Shown one piece after another: positions 63,517-64,000 of a stretch of 64,000 nucleotides of DNA; positions within the stretch are counted from its first letter, which is position 1; the number at the start of each line of letters is the position of its first letter. The notes under the pieces are model-generated. The model had not been told where the DNA came from, did no database searches, and saw only the letters and a program-made list of their open reading frames with translations. Location of the stretch: contig QHSU01000057.1 in NCBI GenBank assembly GCA_003220535.1, positions 20,411 through 84,410 of the forward strand. Reading direction: 5' to 3'. Both the position numbers and the translations under genes were made by a program. Origin of the DNA: Candidatus Rokuibacteriota bacterium. GTDB lineage: Bacteria; Methylomirabilota; Methylomirabilia; Rokubacteriales; CSP1-6.

Positions 63517-64000
63517 CTACGGCAGGAGCGCTGCGACGCGGATTCGCGCTCGGGGCGCGGCCAGCGGCGTGACGATGGCGTTGCGACGGAGCATACGGAC
63601 CGAGTCGTACTTCCAGTCGCCGAGCCCCGATGGGGCGCGCACCGGCTCCCGGTAGACCTCCAGCACTTCGTCGATCAGGTTGACCACCCAGTAGTCGGCG
63701 ATCCCCGCTCGCGCGTAGAGGCCGCCCTTGCGCAGCCGGTCGAGGGCGAGCGACGTGTCGGCGACCTCGACGACCAGCACGGGCCGAGAGGGATGGGCCG
63801 CGAGGTAGTCTCGCAGTCGGCCCGGCACGACGACGACATCGGGCTCGGGCTCCGATTGCTCGTCGAGCGCGATCGGCTTTTCTTCGCGTATGTGGTACGC
63901 GCTGCCGAACGCCTTGTCGAGTGCGGCGCGCACGAGGCCGACCACCGTGGCGTGGCGCTCTGCTTGGGGCTCTCGGGCGACGAGCAAGCCGTCGAGCAGC
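63517..64000 (-). CDS. Uma2-family (DUF820) PD-(D/E)XK endonuclease-like protein, N-terminus beyond the window end
   Basis: It contains ...EPEPDVVVVPG... and ...PVLVVEVADTSLALDRLRKGGLYARAGIADYWVVNL... . The frame is still open at base 64000. Confidence 0.75.
   Translation of the reverse strand, partial: LLDGLLVAREPQAERHATVVGLVRAALDKAFGSAYHIREEKPIALDEQSEPEPDVVVVPGRLRDYLAAHPSRPVLVVEVADTSLALDRLRKGGLYARAGIADYWVVNLIDEVLEVYREPVRAPSGLGDWKYDSVRMLRRNAIVTPLAAPRARIRVAALLP

Noticed and set aside
1-64000. A search for CRISPR arrays, rRNA/tRNA genes, tandem DNA repeats and intact insertion sequences.
   Set aside because: Visual scanning of both strands found no regularly spaced direct repeats, no rRNA or tRNA signatures and no intact transposase or integrase gene. 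Only the degenerate IS91-like relic and the NHL gene relic were found.

Overview
The window is a gene-dense, high-GC bacterial chromosomal segment. Sampled 60-nt lines are about 70% GC by eye. I call about 60 protein-coding genes and find no rRNA, tRNA or CRISPR array. All family calls below come from reading motifs by eye; no database search was run.

Most of the content is uptake and catabolism:
- Three complete ABC importers: Opp/Dpp-type at 8801-15085, family-1 SBP (Fe3+/polyamine-type) at 17489-21401, and NitT/TauT-type at 44807-47373. There is also an orphan family-5 SBP.
- Three MFS transporters.
- Three LLM (F420/flavin luciferase-like) oxidoreductases.
- Three amidohydrolase-fold genes.
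- Three beta-lactamase-fold or esterase hydrolases.
- Several oxygenases: HAAO, PhyH, TauD and VOC.

Many neighbouring genes overlap by 4 nt (ATGA or GTGA), which implies translational coupling.

Items that are not routine:
1. An in-frame TGA followed by GSC (61877-61875, minus strand) joins two ORFs from the track into one 570-codon frame. This is a candidate UGSC-type selenoprotein. A GC hairpin sits at SECIS distance, the domain is fused to an uncharacterised module of about 370 aa, and an MFS gene lies just upstream.
2. A single polypeptide carries three tandem RidA/YjgF domains, which would make a single-chain pseudo-trimer.
3. There are two lower-GC patches. One is a secreted beta-helix gene (5903-7810) wedged between an intact NHL-propeller gene and a decayed copy of that same gene. 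The other (22389-25819) is a patchwork of gene fragments, an IS91-like relic, a secreted tandem-ABM protein and a frameshifted PEP-CTERM protein with a sigma-54-like promoter.
4. A decayed MetE-like pseudogene lies inside an otherwise intact operon.
5. A SWIM plus SNF2 helicase pair is present.
6. A near-consensus promoter is placed so that the NTF2-GNAT-FEN operon would be leaderless.

The many long antisense or alternative-frame ORFs in the track are treated as high-GC shadow ORFs.
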